A stretch of DNA of 64,000 bases from Pseudomonadota bacterium (GTDB lineage Bacteria > Pseudomonadota > Gammaproteobacteria > Poriferisulfidales > JAYYZZ01): assembly GCA_036687665.1 (NCBI GenBank), contig JAYYZZ010000002.1, positions 20,405 to 84,404 of the forward strand, written 5' to 3'. This document shows, piece after piece, positions 20,127-31,606 of the stretch. The notes beneath the pieces were generated by a model. The model made no database searches and was not told the DNA's origin. It saw nothing but the letters and a program-made list of their open reading frames with translations. The position numbers and the translations under genes are program-made. Positions within the stretch are counted from its first letter, which is position 1. Each line of letters opens with the position of its first letter.

Positions 20127-21149
20127 TTATGCTGCTTCTTTTTCAAGGGAGACTTCGTATGTGCCAGTACATGCAGCGCTATTCAGTTTAGCTCTTTTGT
20201 ATATGGCTTTTTGTGCGGCCTCAAAATTTTTATCTACTCCAGCCCAAGTTTGCATAGCAGTTTGTTGCAAAGCCCTTCCATATGAAAAGGTAAGCGCCCA
20301 CGGAGAGTCACCTATACGATTTATTGCATCTAGATGCGCACTTGCTTCCTCATCAGTCTGACCACCTGATAAAAAAGCAATTCCTGGCAGTTCAGCGGGT
20401 ACAGTTTTTTTCAAACAGTTTACAGTTTGCTCAGCTACTTTTTGGACGTCAGCTCTATTGGCAGCATTGGAACCCGAGATAACCATACTAGGTTTTAGAA
20501 CAATACCTTCTATAGCTACATCTTGTTTTTTTAGCTGATCAAAGACAACTGCTTGAGTGAGTTCTGTAACTTCTAAAGAGCGATCAATTGAATGGTTGCC
20601 ATCCATTAACACTTCTGGTTCAACAATAGGGACAATATCAATTTCTTGACAAAGGGCAGCATATCTTGCGAGACCATGGGCGTTAGCTTCTATACATGCC
20701 ATGCTTGGGCCAGAATCAAATATAGTAATTACAGCACGCCACTTTGCAAACATTGCACCTAATTTTTTATATTCAAGCAATCTTTCTCGTAAACCATCTA
20801 AACCTTCTGTCACTTTTTCTCCTGCGTGTCCGGCTAATTCTTTCGCGCCTGCATCTACTTTTATTCCTGGGATTATTCCATTATCAGATAAATATTTTGG
20901 GAAAGGTATCTCACTTAATGTCGTTTGCTTTATTGTTTCGTCAAAAAGTATAGCGCCGCTTATAAAATCACTTAGACCAGGAGTTGTAACAAGCATGTCG
21001 CGATATACCCTGCGATTTTCTTCCGTTGTCGGTATGTTAAGTTTTTCAAAACGGTTATTACATGTTGGATGGCTTTCATCCATTGCTAAGATTCCTTTGC
21101 CTCGTGCTACCATTTTGTTTGCTGTATCTGACAATATTTCAAGTTTCAT
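20127..21149 (-). CDS. fructose-bisphosphate aldolase, class I
   Basis: 340 aa with GILAMDES and the Schiff-base region VLKPSMV typical of class I aldolases. Last gene of the tkt-gap-pgk-pyk-fba block. Confidence 0.9.
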   Translation of the reverse strand: MKLEILSDTANKMVARGKGILAMDESHPTCNNRFEKLNIPTTEENRRVYRDMLVTTPGLSDFISGAILFDETIKQTTLSEIPFPKYLSDNGIIPGIKVDAGAKELAGHAGEKVTEGLDGLRERLLEYKKLGAMFAKWRAVITIFDSGPSMACIEANAHGLARYAALCQEIDIVPIVEPEVLMDGNHSIDRSLEVTELTQAVVFDQLKKQDVAIEGIVLKPSMVISGSNAANRADVQKVAEQTVNCLKKTVPAELPGIAFLSGGQTDEEASAHLDAINRIGDSPWALTFSYGRALQQTAMQTWAGVDKNFEAAQKAIYKRAKLNSAACTGTYEVSLEKEAA

Positions 21150-21204
21150 ATTCTTACCTCATGATTTGCGCTTATCTTAAAAAAAGTATTGTTGTTTAAT
21201 TGAT

Positions 21205-22686
21205 TTATTCTGGCAATTGCAATTTTTCTTGTGGATCAATAAGAAATCCTACTTTAACAATTTTCAAAGAATTAGTTCCGCCATGTACTCCTGCTAAATC
21301 TCCTTTTGTAATTATTACTAGATCTCCCTTTTTTACAACTTTATGCGTGACCAGAACATCTGTTGCATCTTTATTTACTTGAGCGTGATTTGTTGTAATT
21401 GACTCAATTTTTGCTGGGTATACCCCTCTAAATAAAGTAACTTTGCGTAGAGTCTTGGGGTGTGTTGTCATTGCAAATATAGGGATTTCTGAGTTGATTC
21501 TTGACATGACTAAAGCTGTTGAACCCGACTCGGTTAACGCTACAATAGCTTTAACATGCAGGTGGTTTGCTAAATACATTACTGTGCTAGCAATTGCTTG
21601 ATCAGTTTTTTCAAAGTGCTCAAATTGGTGTTGATCAGCATCTCTTGCCGGCAGTTGCTTTTCTGAGCTCGCACAAATTCTACTCATGGCTTTAAATGCT
21701 TGTATGGGGTAATCACCGACAGCTGTTTCGCCTGATAGCATTACAGCGTCTGTGCCGTCTATCACAGCATTAGCAACATCAAAAACTTCGGCTCTTGTTG
21801 GGATTGTATTAGTTATCATCGATTCCATCATTTGGGTAGCGGTAATTACTACACAGTTTTTTTCACGTGCTTTTTTTATTAGGTTTTTTTGCACTGCTGG
21901 AAGTTCTGCATCGCCAATTTCAACCCCCAAATCCCCGCGTGCAATCATTATTGCATCAGATGCTTCTATTATTTCGTCAATATTGTGAATAGCTTCGCTT
22001 CGTTCAATTTTTGAAATTATTGCAGCATCACCTCCTTCTTTACGAAGTAGATCACGCGCATGATTAATGTCCTTAGCGTTTATAGGGTATGAAATAGCTA
22101 AATAATCGACTTGTAGTTCAGCAGCTAGAGCTATATCTTGAAAATCTTTTTTTGCTAATGATGGTGCTGATATCCCTCCCTTTTTGTTAAGGCCCTTTGT
22201 GTCATGCAAAATACCACCTGTAATAACATTTGTTATGATTTTAGTTTTATCAATTTTTTTTATTTCTAAAACAATCCTTCCGTCATCAATTAAAAGCTGC
22301 TCTCCTACACCTACGTTTTTAGTTAGCTCCTTATATGTACACCCGACAGAGGATTGTGTCCCTTTTTCTGCATCTAACGCGGTATCAATAGTGAAATTAT
22401 CCCCACTTGCTAACTTAATCTTGCCTTCTATAAAGCGAGTTATTCTAATTTTAGGACCTTGCAAGTCACCCAATATTCCAACATCACAATCATATTTTTT
22501 TGAAATACTTCTAACTAATTCAACGCGTTTTCGTTGATCGTCCGAGGTGCCATGTGAAAAATTTAGTCTTATAGCATCTACCCCTGAAGATATGAGTTGT
22601 TCAAGAATCTTAGAATCATCTGTAGCTGGACCTAAAGTAGCGATAATCTTTGTGCGTCTTTGAAACTGTTTTTTACTATTTTTCAT
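21205..22686 (-). CDS. pyk: pyruvate kinase
   Basis: 493 aa with RRTKIIATLGP, MIARGDLGVEI and MLSGETA blocks. Confidence 0.95.
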   Translation of the reverse strand: MKNSKKQFQRRTKIIATLGPATDDSKILEQLISSGVDAIRLNFSHGTSDDQRKRVELVRSISKKYDCDVGILGDLQGPKIRITRFIEGKIKLASGDNFTIDTALDAEKGTQSSVGCTYKELTKNVGVGEQLLIDDGRIVLEIKKIDKTKIITNVITGGILHDTKGLNKKGGISAPSLAKKDFQDIALAAELQVDYLAISYPINAKDINHARDLLRKEGGDAAIISKIERSEAIHNIDEIIEASDAIMIARGDLGVEIGDAELPAVQKNLIKKAREKNCVVITATQMMESMITNTIPTRAEVFDVANAVIDGTDAVMLSGETAVGDYPIQAFKAMSRICASSEKQLPARDADQHQFEHFEKTDQAIASTVMYLANHLHVKAIVALTESGSTALVMSRINSEIPIFAMTTHPKTLRKVTLFRGVYPAKIESITTNHAQVNKDATDVLVTHKVVKKGDLVIITKGDLAGVHGGTNSLKIVKVGFLIDPQEKLQLPE

Positions 22687-23861
22687 TATGCTAATTTACC
22701 TTTTAGAGCAGAAACAGCTGGCAGCTCTTTCCCTTCCAAGTATGCTAAAAATGCACCACCACCAGTTGATATATATGAAATATCATTTTCGACATTATAT
22801 TTTTCAATTGCAGCAATTGTGTCACCGCCACCCGCGAGAGAATATGAGGAGCTGCTTGCTATTGCTTTGGAAATCATCGCTGTGCCTTTTTCAAAAGGTT
22901 TATGTTCAAAAACGCCAACCGGGCCATTCCAAATAATCGTTCCAGCTCCTTGTATAATCTTTTTGTAAGTTTTTGCTGTTTCATCACCTATATCTAATAT
23001 TTTGTCGTTTATGTCAATACTTGCCACAGACTTACATTTTGTTTTTGCATCTTTACTTATTTCTTTTGCACAAATTACATCTGTTGGAATAGGAATTAAA
23101 GATTTATTTTTTTTCGCAGTGTCTAGTAGGTTTTTAGCTGTTTTTATCATTTCTTTTTCAAATAACGATTTTCCGATATTGTATCCTGCCGCTGCCAGAA
23201 ACGTATTTGCAATGCCGCCGCCTACAATTAACTGGTCAACTTTTTCCAAAAGAGACTCAAGTAATCTTAATTTCGTTGAGATTTTAGAGCCACCAGTAAT
23301 TGCCACAACAGGGTGTTTAGGGTTGTCAAAAACTTTACTTAGAGCATCTAATTCTGAGCAGAGCAAGGGTCCAGCACAGAAGGTATTTGCATATTCGGCA
23401 ACACCGTAGGTTGAGGACTGCATTCTGTGAGCTGACCCAAAAGCATCCATTACATAAATTTCACACAATTCTGCTATTTTTTTAGATAACGCATGATCAT
23501 TTGTATTTTCTCCATCTATAAATCTTACATTTTCACACAAAACAATTTCACCCTTATTGATAGTAAATCCGTCAATCCATTCTTTTTCAAGTCTTACGTT
23601 CTGATCAAGGAGTGTTTTTAAATGATCAGCTGCAGGTTGTAATGAAAACTCTTGATTATGCTTTTTTGTTGTAGGGCGGCCTAAATGTGAAACTAATGCA
23701 ATCAAAGCGCCTTTCTCTACCGCCATTTTAATTGTGGGAATAGCCGCTACTATTCTTTTGTTATTGATTATTTTCCCATCATTAATAGGGGTGTTAAAGT
23801 CAGTGCGGATCAATATGCGCTTGCCTGCTAAGTTTAAATCTTGCATGCGTGGGAATTGCAT
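22686..23861 (-). CDS. pgk: phosphoglycerate kinase
   Basis: 391 aa with RTDFNTP, SHLGRP and STGGGA blocks. Its stop overlaps the pyk start (TAATG). Confidence 0.95.
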   Translation of the reverse strand: MQFPRMQDLNLAGKRILIRTDFNTPINDGKIINNKRIVAAIPTIKMAVEKGALIALVSHLGRPTTKKHNQEFSLQPAADHLKTLLDQNVRLEKEWIDGFTINKGEIVLCENVRFIDGENTNDHALSKKIAELCEIYVMDAFGSAHRMQSSTYGVAEYANTFCAGPLLCSELDALSKVFDNPKHPVVAITGGSKISTKLRLLESLLEKVDQLIVGGGIANTFLAAAGYNIGKSLFEKEMIKTAKNLLDTAKKNKSLIPIPTDVICAKEISKDAKTKCKSVASIDINDKILDIGDETAKTYKKIIQGAGTIIWNGPVGVFEHKPFEKGTAMISKAIASSSSYSLAGGGDTIAAIEKYNVENDISYISTGGGAFLAYLEGKELPAVSALKGKLA

Positions 23862-23883
23862 TATTATTTTTCTTTTTTCTTCA

Positions 23884-24897
23884 TTAGTTGGCTTTTATCA
23901 ATGCAATTGTAGTATCGAGCATGCGATTAGAAAATCCCCATTCATTATCGTACCAAGATAATACTTTTACCATTTCACCTTCCATTACATTTGTCAAAGT
24001 TGATTCAAATATAGATGAAGCAGGGTTATGATTAAAATCAACAGAAACTAGTTGCTCTTCATTGTAATTAAGAATGCCTTTTAAAGAACTTTCTGAAGCA
24101 TCTTTTATTACAGAATTAATTTCTTCTATTGAGGTATTTCGTGAAGCTTTAAAGACCAGATCTACGACTGAAACATTGATTGTAGGAACTCGCATTGCAA
24201 AACCATCTAGTTTTCCTAGCAACTCGGGAAGCACAAGACCTACAGCAGATGCTGCACCAGTTTTTGTTGGAATCATAGACATTGTTGCTGAGCGCGCTCT
24301 TCTTAGGTCAGTGTGAGCAACATCAGTTAATACCTGATCATTCGTGTATGCATGGATAGTTGTCATTAAGCCATGCTCAATTCCAACTGCATCATTCAAT
24401 ACTTTTGCAACAGGAGCTAAACAATTAGTTGTGCAGGACGCATTAGAAATAATGGTATCAGTTGCTTTAAGCACATCATGATTTACACCGTAGACAATTG
24501 TTGCATCAACGTCGTTGCCGCCGGGAGCAGAAATAATTACTTTTTTTGCACCGCCTTTTATATGTGCCCCAGCTTTTTCTTTGCTTGCAAAGAACCCAGT
24601 TGATTCATGCACTACATCAACACCCAAAGAAGACCATGGTATCTTGGATGGGTCGCGTTCAGATAGAACCTTAATGCTATCACCGTTAATTACCATACAG
24701 TCATTCTCAACTTTTACTTCGCCATTAAAGTGTCCGTGTGCAGTATCATGTTTGGTTAGATATACACTGGTGTCTATATCTCCAAGGTCATTTATTGCAA
24801 CAATCTGGATCTCCTCTTTTTTATTAGATTCATATAGTGCACGCAGAATATTTCTCCCTATTCTTCCATAACCGTTTATACCCACTTTAATTGCCAT
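23884..24897 (-). CDS. gap: glyceraldehyde-3-phosphate dehydrogenase
   Basis: 337 aa with INGYGRIGR and the active-site SCTTNCL. Confidence 0.95.
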   Translation of the reverse strand: MAIKVGINGYGRIGRNILRALYESNKKEEIQIVAINDLGDIDTSVYLTKHDTAHGHFNGEVKVENDCMVINGDSIKVLSERDPSKIPWSSLGVDVVHESTGFFASKEKAGAHIKGGAKKVIISAPGGNDVDATIVYGVNHDVLKATDTIISNASCTTNCLAPVAKVLNDAVGIEHGLMTTIHAYTNDQVLTDVAHTDLRRARSATMSMIPTKTGAASAVGLVLPELLGKLDGFAMRVPTINVSVVDLVFKASRNTSIEEINSVIKDASESSLKGILNYNEEQLVSVDFNHNPASSIFESTLTNVMEGEMVKVLSWYDNEWGFSNRMLDTTIALIKAN

Positions 24898-24900
24898 TTT

Positions 24901-26970
24901 TTACTCCTTTTCGCTTATTAGATTGCGCGCATCTTCACAGATACGCTCGGCTGTGAAACCAAAAAACTCCATCAATTCTTTCCCTGGGGCAGATGCTCCA
25001 AACTCATTAATCCCTATTATACGCCCACGTCCACCAACATATTTGTGCCAATAGTTGCTTACACCTGATTCAATAACGATACGTTTATCTATCTTCGGCG
25101 GTAGAACTGAATTTTGGTAATCTAAATTCTGCTTTTCAAAAACGTCGGTGCTTGGCATAGAGACAACTCTGCAGGCAACACCTTCAGTCTCAAGTGTAGC
25201 AGCTGCCTCCATTGTAATTCCTACTTCAGACCCAGTTGCTATCAGTATTAAATCGGGATTGCTCGCTGAGTCTTTCAGGATGTATCCACCACGCTTTATA
25301 TCTTTTATTTGATCTGTGGTTCTTTTTTGGTGGGGCATACTTTGTCGAGACAAAATCAGGCATGTTGGTCCATTATTGCGCTCAATGGCTGCGACCCAGG
25401 AAGCCATGGTTTCAACATTATCCGAAGGTCGCCAAACTGACATGTTTGGTATTAGTCGCAAGCTAGAAAGGTGTTCAATAGCCTGATGGGTTGGCCCATC
25501 TTCACCAAGACCAATTGAGTCATGTGTAAAGATAAAAATACTTCGTATTTTCATAAGCGCTGCCATGCGCAAGGCATTTCTAGAATAATCAGAAAACGTT
25601 AAAAAAGTTCCACTGTAAGGGATGTAGCCACCATGCAGAGTTATTCCATTCATGATTGCTGACATAGCAAACTCTCGAACGCCATAAAAAATGTAATTGC
25701 CGTCTTTGTGCAGCTGCAATCCTTTTGAGGTTTTGTGGGCTGTTAAGTTAGAGCCCGTGAGATCTGCAGAGCCACCGACTAACTCAGGAAGATGTGTAGG
25801 TGCCATTTGATTTAAACAGTTTAAAGATGCCACTCTAGTTGCAATCGTCAAACCTTCTTTATCAAAGAATTCTAACCACTGTTCTGTAAGTTTTTCCCAG
25901 TCGTTTGGCAGATCACCTGCGTTTCTTCGCAAAAATTCTTGAGCTTCTTTTGGAAAGTCTTGTTTATAACGGGCAAATAATTTATCCCATTTTTCTTGCA
26001 ATTCTTTACCTTTATGTACCGCATTCCAGGCAGCATAAATTTCATCAGGTATTTCAAATGGACCATGAGACCAAGTTAATGACTTACGGGCTAGCTCTAT
26101 CTCTTCGTTTCCTAATGGAGCGCCATGCGTATCTTCGGTACCTTGCTTATTTGGTGCACCCAAACCAATCACAGTATGGCAACATATTAAAGTTGGCCTG
26201 CTCTTTTCTTTAAGTGCCAAATCTATAGCTTTCTTTATATGATCAGGATTATGTCCGTCGACATTTGGAATTACGTTCCAACCATAAGATTTAAATCTTT
26301 TTTCTGTATCATCTGTAAACCATCCCTGCACAGGACCATCAATAGATATTTTATTGTCATCGTAGAATGCAATTAGTTTGTTCAGCTTAAGCGTGCCTGC
26401 TAAAGAGCAAGCTTCATGAGAGATCCCTTCCATTAGACAGCCATCACCAAGAAATACATATGTATTGTGATCTACAATTTCGTAATCAGGTTTGTTAAAT
26501 TGCGCGGATAATGTTTTTTCTGCAATAGCCATACCTACAGCATTAGCAAGACCTTGTCCAAGAGGGCCAGTGGTAGTTTCAATTCCTGGTGTTTCTCCAT
26601 ATTCAGGATGACCTGGAGTTTTTGAATGCAATTGACGAAAGTTTTTGATGTCCTCAATCCCTAAGTCATACCCAGACAGATGCAATATACTGTAAATAAG
26701 CATTGACCCATGGCCATTTGAGAGCACAAAACGGTCTCTATTTAACCACTTAGGGTTTTTTGGGTTATGTTGCAAATAATCATTCCAAAGCACCTCAGCG
26801 ATATCTGCCATACCCATAGGCATGCCAGGGTGCCCAGATTGCGCTTTTTCAACAGCATCCATGCTGAGCGCACGAATTGCATTAGCAAGTTTTGTGCGTG
26901 ATGTTATTTCTGGCGGCAATTGGGGTACGGATGACTTATTTTTTTTGTCTTGTGGAGCGCGGTTTTTCAT
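24901..26970 (-). CDS. tkt: transketolase
   Basis: [22 protein letters not shown] and GDGCLMEG blocks. Has about 22 extra N-terminal residues relative to E. coli TktA with no obvious internal alternative start. Confidence 0.93.
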   Translation of the reverse strand: MKNRAPQDKKNKSSVPQLPPEITSRTKLANAIRALSMDAVEKAQSGHPGMPMGMADIAEVLWNDYLQHNPKNPKWLNRDRFVLSNGHGSMLIYSILHLSGYDLGIEDIKNFRQLHSKTPGHPEYGETPGIETTTGPLGQGLANAVGMAIAEKTLSAQFNKPDYEIVDHNTYVFLGDGCLMEGISHEACSLAGTLKLNKLIAFYDDNKISIDGPVQGWFTDDTEKRFKSYGWNVIPNVDGHNPDHIKKAIDLALKEKSRPTLICCHTVIGLGAPNKQGTEDTHGAPLGNEEIELARKSLTWSHGPFEIPDEIYAAWNAVHKGKELQEKWDKLFARYKQDFPKEAQEFLRRNAGDLPNDWEKLTEQWLEFFDKEGLTIATRVASLNCLNQMAPTHLPELVGGSADLTGSNLTAHKTSKGLQLHKDGNYIFYGVREFAMSAIMNGITLHGGYIPYSGTFLTFSDYSRNALRMAALMKIRSIFIFTHDSIGLGEDGPTHQAIEHLSSLRLIPNMSVWRPSDNVETMASWVAAIERNNGPTCLILSRQSMPHQKRTTDQIKDIKRGGYILKDSASNPDLILIATGSEVGITMEAAATLETEGVACRVVSMPSTDVFEKQNLDYQNSVLPPKIDKRIVIESGVSNYWHKYVGGRGRIIGINEFGASAPGKELMEFFGFTAERICEDARNLISEKE

Positions 26971-27165
26971 GTATCAGAGCGAAGCACTCTTCTTTGTGCT
27001 AAAAATTAAAGAACAATTCATTGATTGGAAGCATGCATAATATAAAGATCTAAATTCTATATGTGTATTGTCGCTGACTTCCGAAAAAGGAGCAATAGCT
27101 GGAGCAGAAAAAGATTTACAATTGGAGTTGATTTTTTACTCGAGACCAAAGAAAGTATAAAAGCG

Positions 27166-29097
27166 ATGAAAGATATATACGATATTCCTGACAAGTTGGC
27201 CAAGGAAGCCCATATTGATTCCAAGCGGTATAAGGCTTTGTATCAAAGATCAATTGATGATCCTGAGGCATTTTGGTCAGAACAGGCAGATAATTTTCTA
27301 ACATGGTTTAAACCATGGCAAACAGTGCTGGACTGGGACTACAGTAAAGCCTATATCAGGTGGTTTGAGGGTGGAAAATTAAATGCTTGCTTTAACTGCC
27401 TTGATCGGCACCTAGATAGCCGCTCTAAGCAACCAGCCATCATATGGGAAGGGGATGACCCCAACGAAAACAAAACTATCAACTACCAAGATCTATTCGT
27501 AGAAGTGTGTAAATTTTCGAATGTGCTGAAACAGATAGGAGTAAAGAAGGGAGACCGAGTTTGTATATATTTACCAATGATACCTGAGGCTGTAGTAGCC
27601 TTTCTGGCATGCGCCCGGATCGGAGCAGTACATTCTGTGGTTTTTGCTGGTTTTTCTCCCGAAGCTTTACGTGACCGCATCCAAGACTCTGATTGCAACA
27701 CAGTCATTACTGCCGATGAAGGTGTGCGTGGAGGAAAATTTATCCCTTTGAAGAGTAATACTGATTTGGCTGTTTCAAATTGCCCAAGTATAAAGAACGT
27801 CATTGTTGTTAAAAGGACTGGAAACACGATTAACTGGGATAAAAACAGAGATAGCTGGTATCACGAGAATCTAGAGAGCGCTTCAGCAGAATGTCCAGCA
27901 GAACCGATGAATGCAGAAGATCCATTATTTATACTCTATACGTCAGGATCCACAGGAAAACCAAAAGGTGTTTTGCATACTACAGGAGGTTATTTGCTTT
28001 ATGCTGCAATGACACACAAATATACATTCGACTACAAAGAAGGAGAAATATTCTGGTGTTCTGCAGATATAGGTTGGGTAACAGGTCACAGCTATATCAT
28101 CTATGGCCCATTAGCCAATGGCGCAACCAATGTGCTTTTCGAGGGTATTCCAACTTACCCTGATGCTTCTAGATTTTGGCAAGTAATAGACAAACATAAA
28201 GTTAATTCATTTTACACAGCGCCTACAGCAATCAGGGCATTAATGCGCTCGGGCGACACCCCTGTCATATCAACTGATCGCTCAACATTAAGAATTATTG
28301 GCACTGTAGGCGAACCAATTAACCCTGAGGCATGGCGCTGGTACTATGAGGTCGTGGGTTCAAGCCGATGCCCAGTTGTTGATACTTGGTGGCAGACCGA
28401 AACTGGGGGACATATGATTACTCCACTGCCTGGCGCAACCCCTCTTAAACCAGGTTCTGCAAGTTTACCTTTTTTTGGGGTTTTGCCTGGAGTAGTTGAT
28501 GATGAAGGCAATTTACTAGAGGGCGAGTGTGACGGAAATTTAGTTATCCTTAAACCATGGCCAGGCCAAATGCGTACTGTATACGGAGATCATCAGCGCT
28601 TTATAGATACGTATTTTAAAATTTACCCAGGTTTGTATTTCACGGGCGATGGGTGTCGCCGCGATAAAGATGGTTATTATTGGATCACTGGCCGTGTTGA
28701 TGATGTTTTAAACGTGTCTGGACATAGAATTGGCACTGCTGAAATAGAAAGTGCATTAGTTTTACATAAAGATGTTGCAGAAGCTGCGGTTGTAGGCTGC
28801 CCTCATGAAATCAAAGGTCAGGGGATATATGCATTTGTTACATTAATGGCCGGTGTCTCAGAATCAGAGACGCTAAAGGCAGATTTAATTTCAGCTGTTC
28901 GCAAGGAAATTGGGGCGATCGCAACACCTGACTTTATACAATGGGCTCCAAGCCTACCTAAAACACGTTCCGGCAAAATTATGCGTCGTATTTTAAGAAA
29001 TATTGCATCTGATAGCTTTGACAATCTTGGAGATACTTCTACCTTAGCAGACCCAAGCGTAGTGGAAGATTTAGTTAACAATAAATCGCTAATCTAA
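27166..29097 (+). CDS. acs: acetyl-CoA synthetase
   Basis: AMP-binding motif [11 protein letters not shown] and C-terminal SGKIMRR. I place the start at MKDIYDIP (27166), giving 643 aa; the track's 27061 start adds a non-homologous 35-aa extension. Confidence 0.93.
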   Translation: MKDIYDIPDKLAKEAHIDSKRYKALYQRSIDDPEAFWSEQADNFLTWFKPWQTVLDWDYSKAYIRWFEGGKLNACFNCLDRHLDSRSKQPAIIWEGDDPNENKTINYQDLFVEVCKFSNVLKQIGVKKGDRVCIYLPMIPEAVVAFLACARIGAVHSVVFAGFSPEALRDRIQDSDCNTVITADEGVRGGKFIPLKSNTDLAVSNCPSIKNVIVVKRTGNTINWDKNRDSWYHENLESASAECPAEPMNAEDPLFILYTSGSTGKPKGVLHTTGGYLLYAAMTHKYTFDYKEGEIFWCSADIGWVTGHSYIIYGPLANGATNVLFEGIPTYPDASRFWQVIDKHKVNSFYTAPTAIRALMRSGDTPVISTDRSTLRIIGTVGEPINPEAWRWYYEVVGSSRCPVVDTWWQTETGGHMITPLPGATPLKPGSASLPFFGVLPGVVDDEGNLLEGECDGNLVILKPWPGQMRTVYGDHQRFIDTYFKIYPGLYFTGDGCRRDKDGYYWITGRVDDVLNVSGHRIGTAEIESALVLHKDVAEAAVVGCPHEIKGQGIYAFVTLMAGVSESETLKADLISAVRKEIGAIATPDFIQWAPSLPKTRSGKIMRRILRNIASDSFDNLGDTSTLADPSVVEDLVNNKSLI

Positions 29098-29099
29098 TT

Positions 29100-29684
29100 T
29101 TATTTAATTTTTTCTTCGCGCCCTTCACGCAAGTTTTTTATATTGCTTTTGTGTGTCCAAAAAATTAGCAGACCAACTAAAATAAAGCTTATTGTTAGAT
29201 GGGAGGAGCGTGTTACTGTATATATATAAATTGGTAAACATGAAAACGATATTAAGGCAGCTAAAGCAGAGAATCTAAATAAGAAAGCTGTGATGCACCA
29301 AGTTAATAAAACCATTACACCGACAAACCAATTAATACCAAATATTATGCCTAGCGATGTCGCAACACCCTTCCCGCCTTTAAATTTGTAATATATGGGA
29401 AAAATATGACCAATAACTGAAGCAAAGCCGGCTGCTATGATTATGAATTGGGAGTTAGTTAGCTGAAAAGCGACTAATACGGGGATTAAGCCTTTTAAAA
29501 AATCACCGATAACTGTGAACACAGCTGCTACTTTATTTCCAGTGCGCAGAACATTAGTTGCACCTGGGTTATTAGACCCATGAGTGCGAGGGTCAGGCAA
29601 GTTCATTAAAGGGCAGACAATAAGCGAAGTATTTACTGAACCTAATAGATATGAGCCAAGAATAAGTATTACAATTGAAATCAT
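29100..29684 (-). CDS. plsY: glycerol-3-phosphate acyltransferase PlsY
   Basis: 194 aa membrane protein with HGSNNPGATNVLR motif. Confidence 0.92.
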   Translation of the reverse strand: MISIVILILGSYLLGSVNTSLIVCPLMNLPDPRTHGSNNPGATNVLRTGNKVAAVFTVIGDFLKGLIPVLVAFQLTNSQFIIIAAGFASVIGHIFPIYYKFKGGKGVATSLGIIFGINWFVGVMVLLTWCITAFLFRFSALAALISFSCLPIYIYTVTRSSHLTISFILVGLLIFWTHKSNIKNLREGREEKIK

Positions 29685-29725
29685 GAAGTTTACACAAGTG
29701 TTAAGACGATTAATTATATATAGTC

Positions 29726-30544
29726 ATGGAAATTAATTCTAAAAAGAAAAACTTGCAGCGTGCTTTTAATAGAGCGGCAAAAACATATGATAATGCGTCA
29801 TATCTGCAAAAAGAGATATGTGAACGCTTGCTAGATAGAGCTGACATGATAAATATACAGCCTGATTATATTTTGGACTTAGGGGCTGGGACAGGTTACG
29901 GGGCATTTTCACTATTGAAAAAATATCAAAACTCTTCAATTGTTGCTCTAGATTTTTCAGAATCAATGTTGGACTCTCTTGCAATACGAAATAATCAAAA
30001 AAGTCTTTTATTGCTGAATGCAGATTTTGAAAAAATACCCGTGCAATCAAGCTCTATAGATTTGGTGTTTTCAAGCTCATCTTTACAATGGGCGCTTTCT
30101 CGTGAGGCATGCTTCCATGAAATTAAAAGAGTACTTTCTCCGCAGGGTATTTTTTTATTTACTACTTATGGTCCTGACACACTTAAAGAGTTGAGGGAAT
30201 GTTGGGGCACGATAGATGATCATGAGCATGTCAATGCCTTTACTGATATGCACCATATAGGAGATGAGCTTTTAGAACACTCTTTTCAGGACCCGGTTGT
30301 TGATAAAGAAATTTTGACAGTTAAATATGAGACTGTTTTAGACTTACAAAAGGATCTAAAGGGCATAGGCTCCTCTAATGCTTTAGAGAACAAGACTCAT
30401 TCATTAACATCTCCTAATCGGATGCATTCTATGTACAAAGAATATGAAAAGCTCCGTCAAAAGGATGGTAAATTGCCAGCAACATTTGAAGTTATATATG
30501 GTCATGCTTGGCAGGGGTCTATACCAATAGATTTATATAAATAG
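29726..30544 (+). CDS. bioC: malonyl-[acyl-carrier protein] O-methyltransferase
   Basis: FNRAAKTYDNASYLQ start, LDLGAGTG SAM motif and SSSSLQW block parallel E. coli BioC. Confidence 0.8.
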   Translation: MEINSKKKNLQRAFNRAAKTYDNASYLQKEICERLLDRADMINIQPDYILDLGAGTGYGAFSLLKKYQNSSIVALDFSESMLDSLAIRNNQKSLLLLNADFEKIPVQSSSIDLVFSSSSLQWALSREACFHEIKRVLSPQGIFLFTTYGPDTLKELRECWGTIDDHEHVNAFTDMHHIGDELLEHSFQDPVVDKEILTVKYETVLDLQKDLKGIGSSNALENKTHSLTSPNRMHSMYKEYEKLRQKDGKLPATFEVIYGHAWQGSIPIDLYK

Positions 30545-30570
30545 CATTTAACTTTAGATAATATAAGGAC

Positions 30571-31587
30571 ATGGATTTGTTCACAAAAACTATCCGATTA
30601 ACATTTATTCTGACCCTTTGTGTTGTCATCTTAGGTGCGTATGTTCGATTATCCGACGCAGGCTTGGGGTGTCCCGATTGGCCTGGATGTTATGGGCAAA
30701 TTGCCGGGATCCCGGACACAGCCGCTGAAATATTAGAGAGTAAAAATAAATTTCCAAATCTAGAAGTAGATGCCGCCAAAGCTTGGAAGGAAATGGTACA
30801 CAGATATTTTGCAGGTGTTCTGGGGTTGTTGATTTTTCTTCTCGCACTATATAGCAGCCGCAGCAGTGATAACCAGCTTAATCATAGGAAATATTTGTAT
30901 ACTTTAGTTTTGCTAGTTATTTTTCAGGCATTGCTCGGCATGTGGACAGTAACTATGTTGCTTAAACCTTTAGTTGTGGTTTTACATCTTGCGGGTGGTT
31001 TTCTCATTCTCTCATTGTTATGGTGGCTTAACTTAAAAATAAGCAACTGGGCGAACATATTATCCTCAGATGTTCTAGACAGGAGGTTTGGAGTTTTCAT
31101 CGTAGTGTCTTTAGTGGTCTTGAGTTTACAAATACTATTAGGGGGGTGGACAAGTTCTAATTATGCAGCCTTGGCTTGCACAGATTTTCCAACTTGCGCA
31201 GGCAGATGGTGGCCACAGGATGCAAATCTTGCAAAAGCTTTTACGTTATGGAGTGATGCGCAAGTTAATTATGAGTTTGGAGTTTTGCAAAGCTCAGAGA
31301 GAATGGCAATTCACATGTTTCATCGTATAGGAGCTGTTTTTACTACGTTGTTATTATTGGGGCTAATAGTTTTAGGTTATCTGAGATGTAAATCCAGAAT
31401 GTTCTTTCTAGTGTTTACCATGATATTATTTTTCCTTTTATTACAAATTGGGCTTGGAATCTCGAATGTCATATTTTCATTGCCACTCTGGGTTGCTGTA
31501 GCCCACAATGCCGTAGGAGCATTATTATTACTAAGCCTGCTGACACTGTTTTACATGTACGTTAATATTCGCAATACATATAAATAA
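30571..31587 (+). CDS. ctaA: heme A synthase (COX15/CtaA)
   Basis: 338 aa polytopic protein with GLGCPDWPGCYG motif and conserved His residues. Upstream of the heme O synthase gene. Confidence 0.88.
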   Translation: MDLFTKTIRLTFILTLCVVILGAYVRLSDAGLGCPDWPGCYGQIAGIPDTAAEILESKNKFPNLEVDAAKAWKEMVHRYFAGVLGLLIFLLALYSSRSSDNQLNHRKYLYTLVLLVIFQALLGMWTVTMLLKPLVVVLHLAGGFLILSLLWWLNLKISNWANILSSDVLDRRFGVFIVVSLVVLSLQILLGGWTSSNYAALACTDFPTCAGRWWPQDANLAKAFTLWSDAQVNYEFGVLQSSERMAIHMFHRIGAVFTTLLLLGLIVLGYLRCKSRMFFLVFTMILFFLLLQIGLGISNVIFSLPLWVAVAHNAVGALLLLSLLTLFYMYVNIRNTYK

Positions 31588-31606
31588 AAAAGATTTAAGA
31601 GCACTC

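Noticed and set aside
20701-21180. Long antisense ORFs opposite well-supported genes: 20701..21180 vs fba, 32701..33207 vs rpoH, 40579..41145 vs mutM, 47543..48028 vs lplT, 49467..49934 vs the Aas-like gene, 42369..42791 vs ispG, 22184..22537 and 23002..23409 vs pyk/pgk.
   Set aside because: They are low-complexity Ser/Leu/Ile-rich shadow frames of strongly conserved genes. They have no SD sequences and no recognisable motifs, which is the typical pattern for codon-bias artefacts.
24901-26970. A 22-residue N-terminal extension of transketolase ([22 protein letters not shown]...), considered as a possible mis-called start or targeting peptide.
   Set aside because: There is no in-frame ATG between the annotated start and the conserved [11 protein letters not shown] block, and a non-ATG start closer to that block cannot be excluded. 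The extension is hydrophilic and not signal-like. I kept it as annotated, with the start uncertain.
27061-27165. A 35-codon N-terminal extension of acs in the ORF track ([19 protein letters not shown]...).
   Set aside because: The extension is not homologous to Acs N-termini. The conserved sequence begins near MKDIYDIP at 27166, which gives the expected length of about 645 aa.
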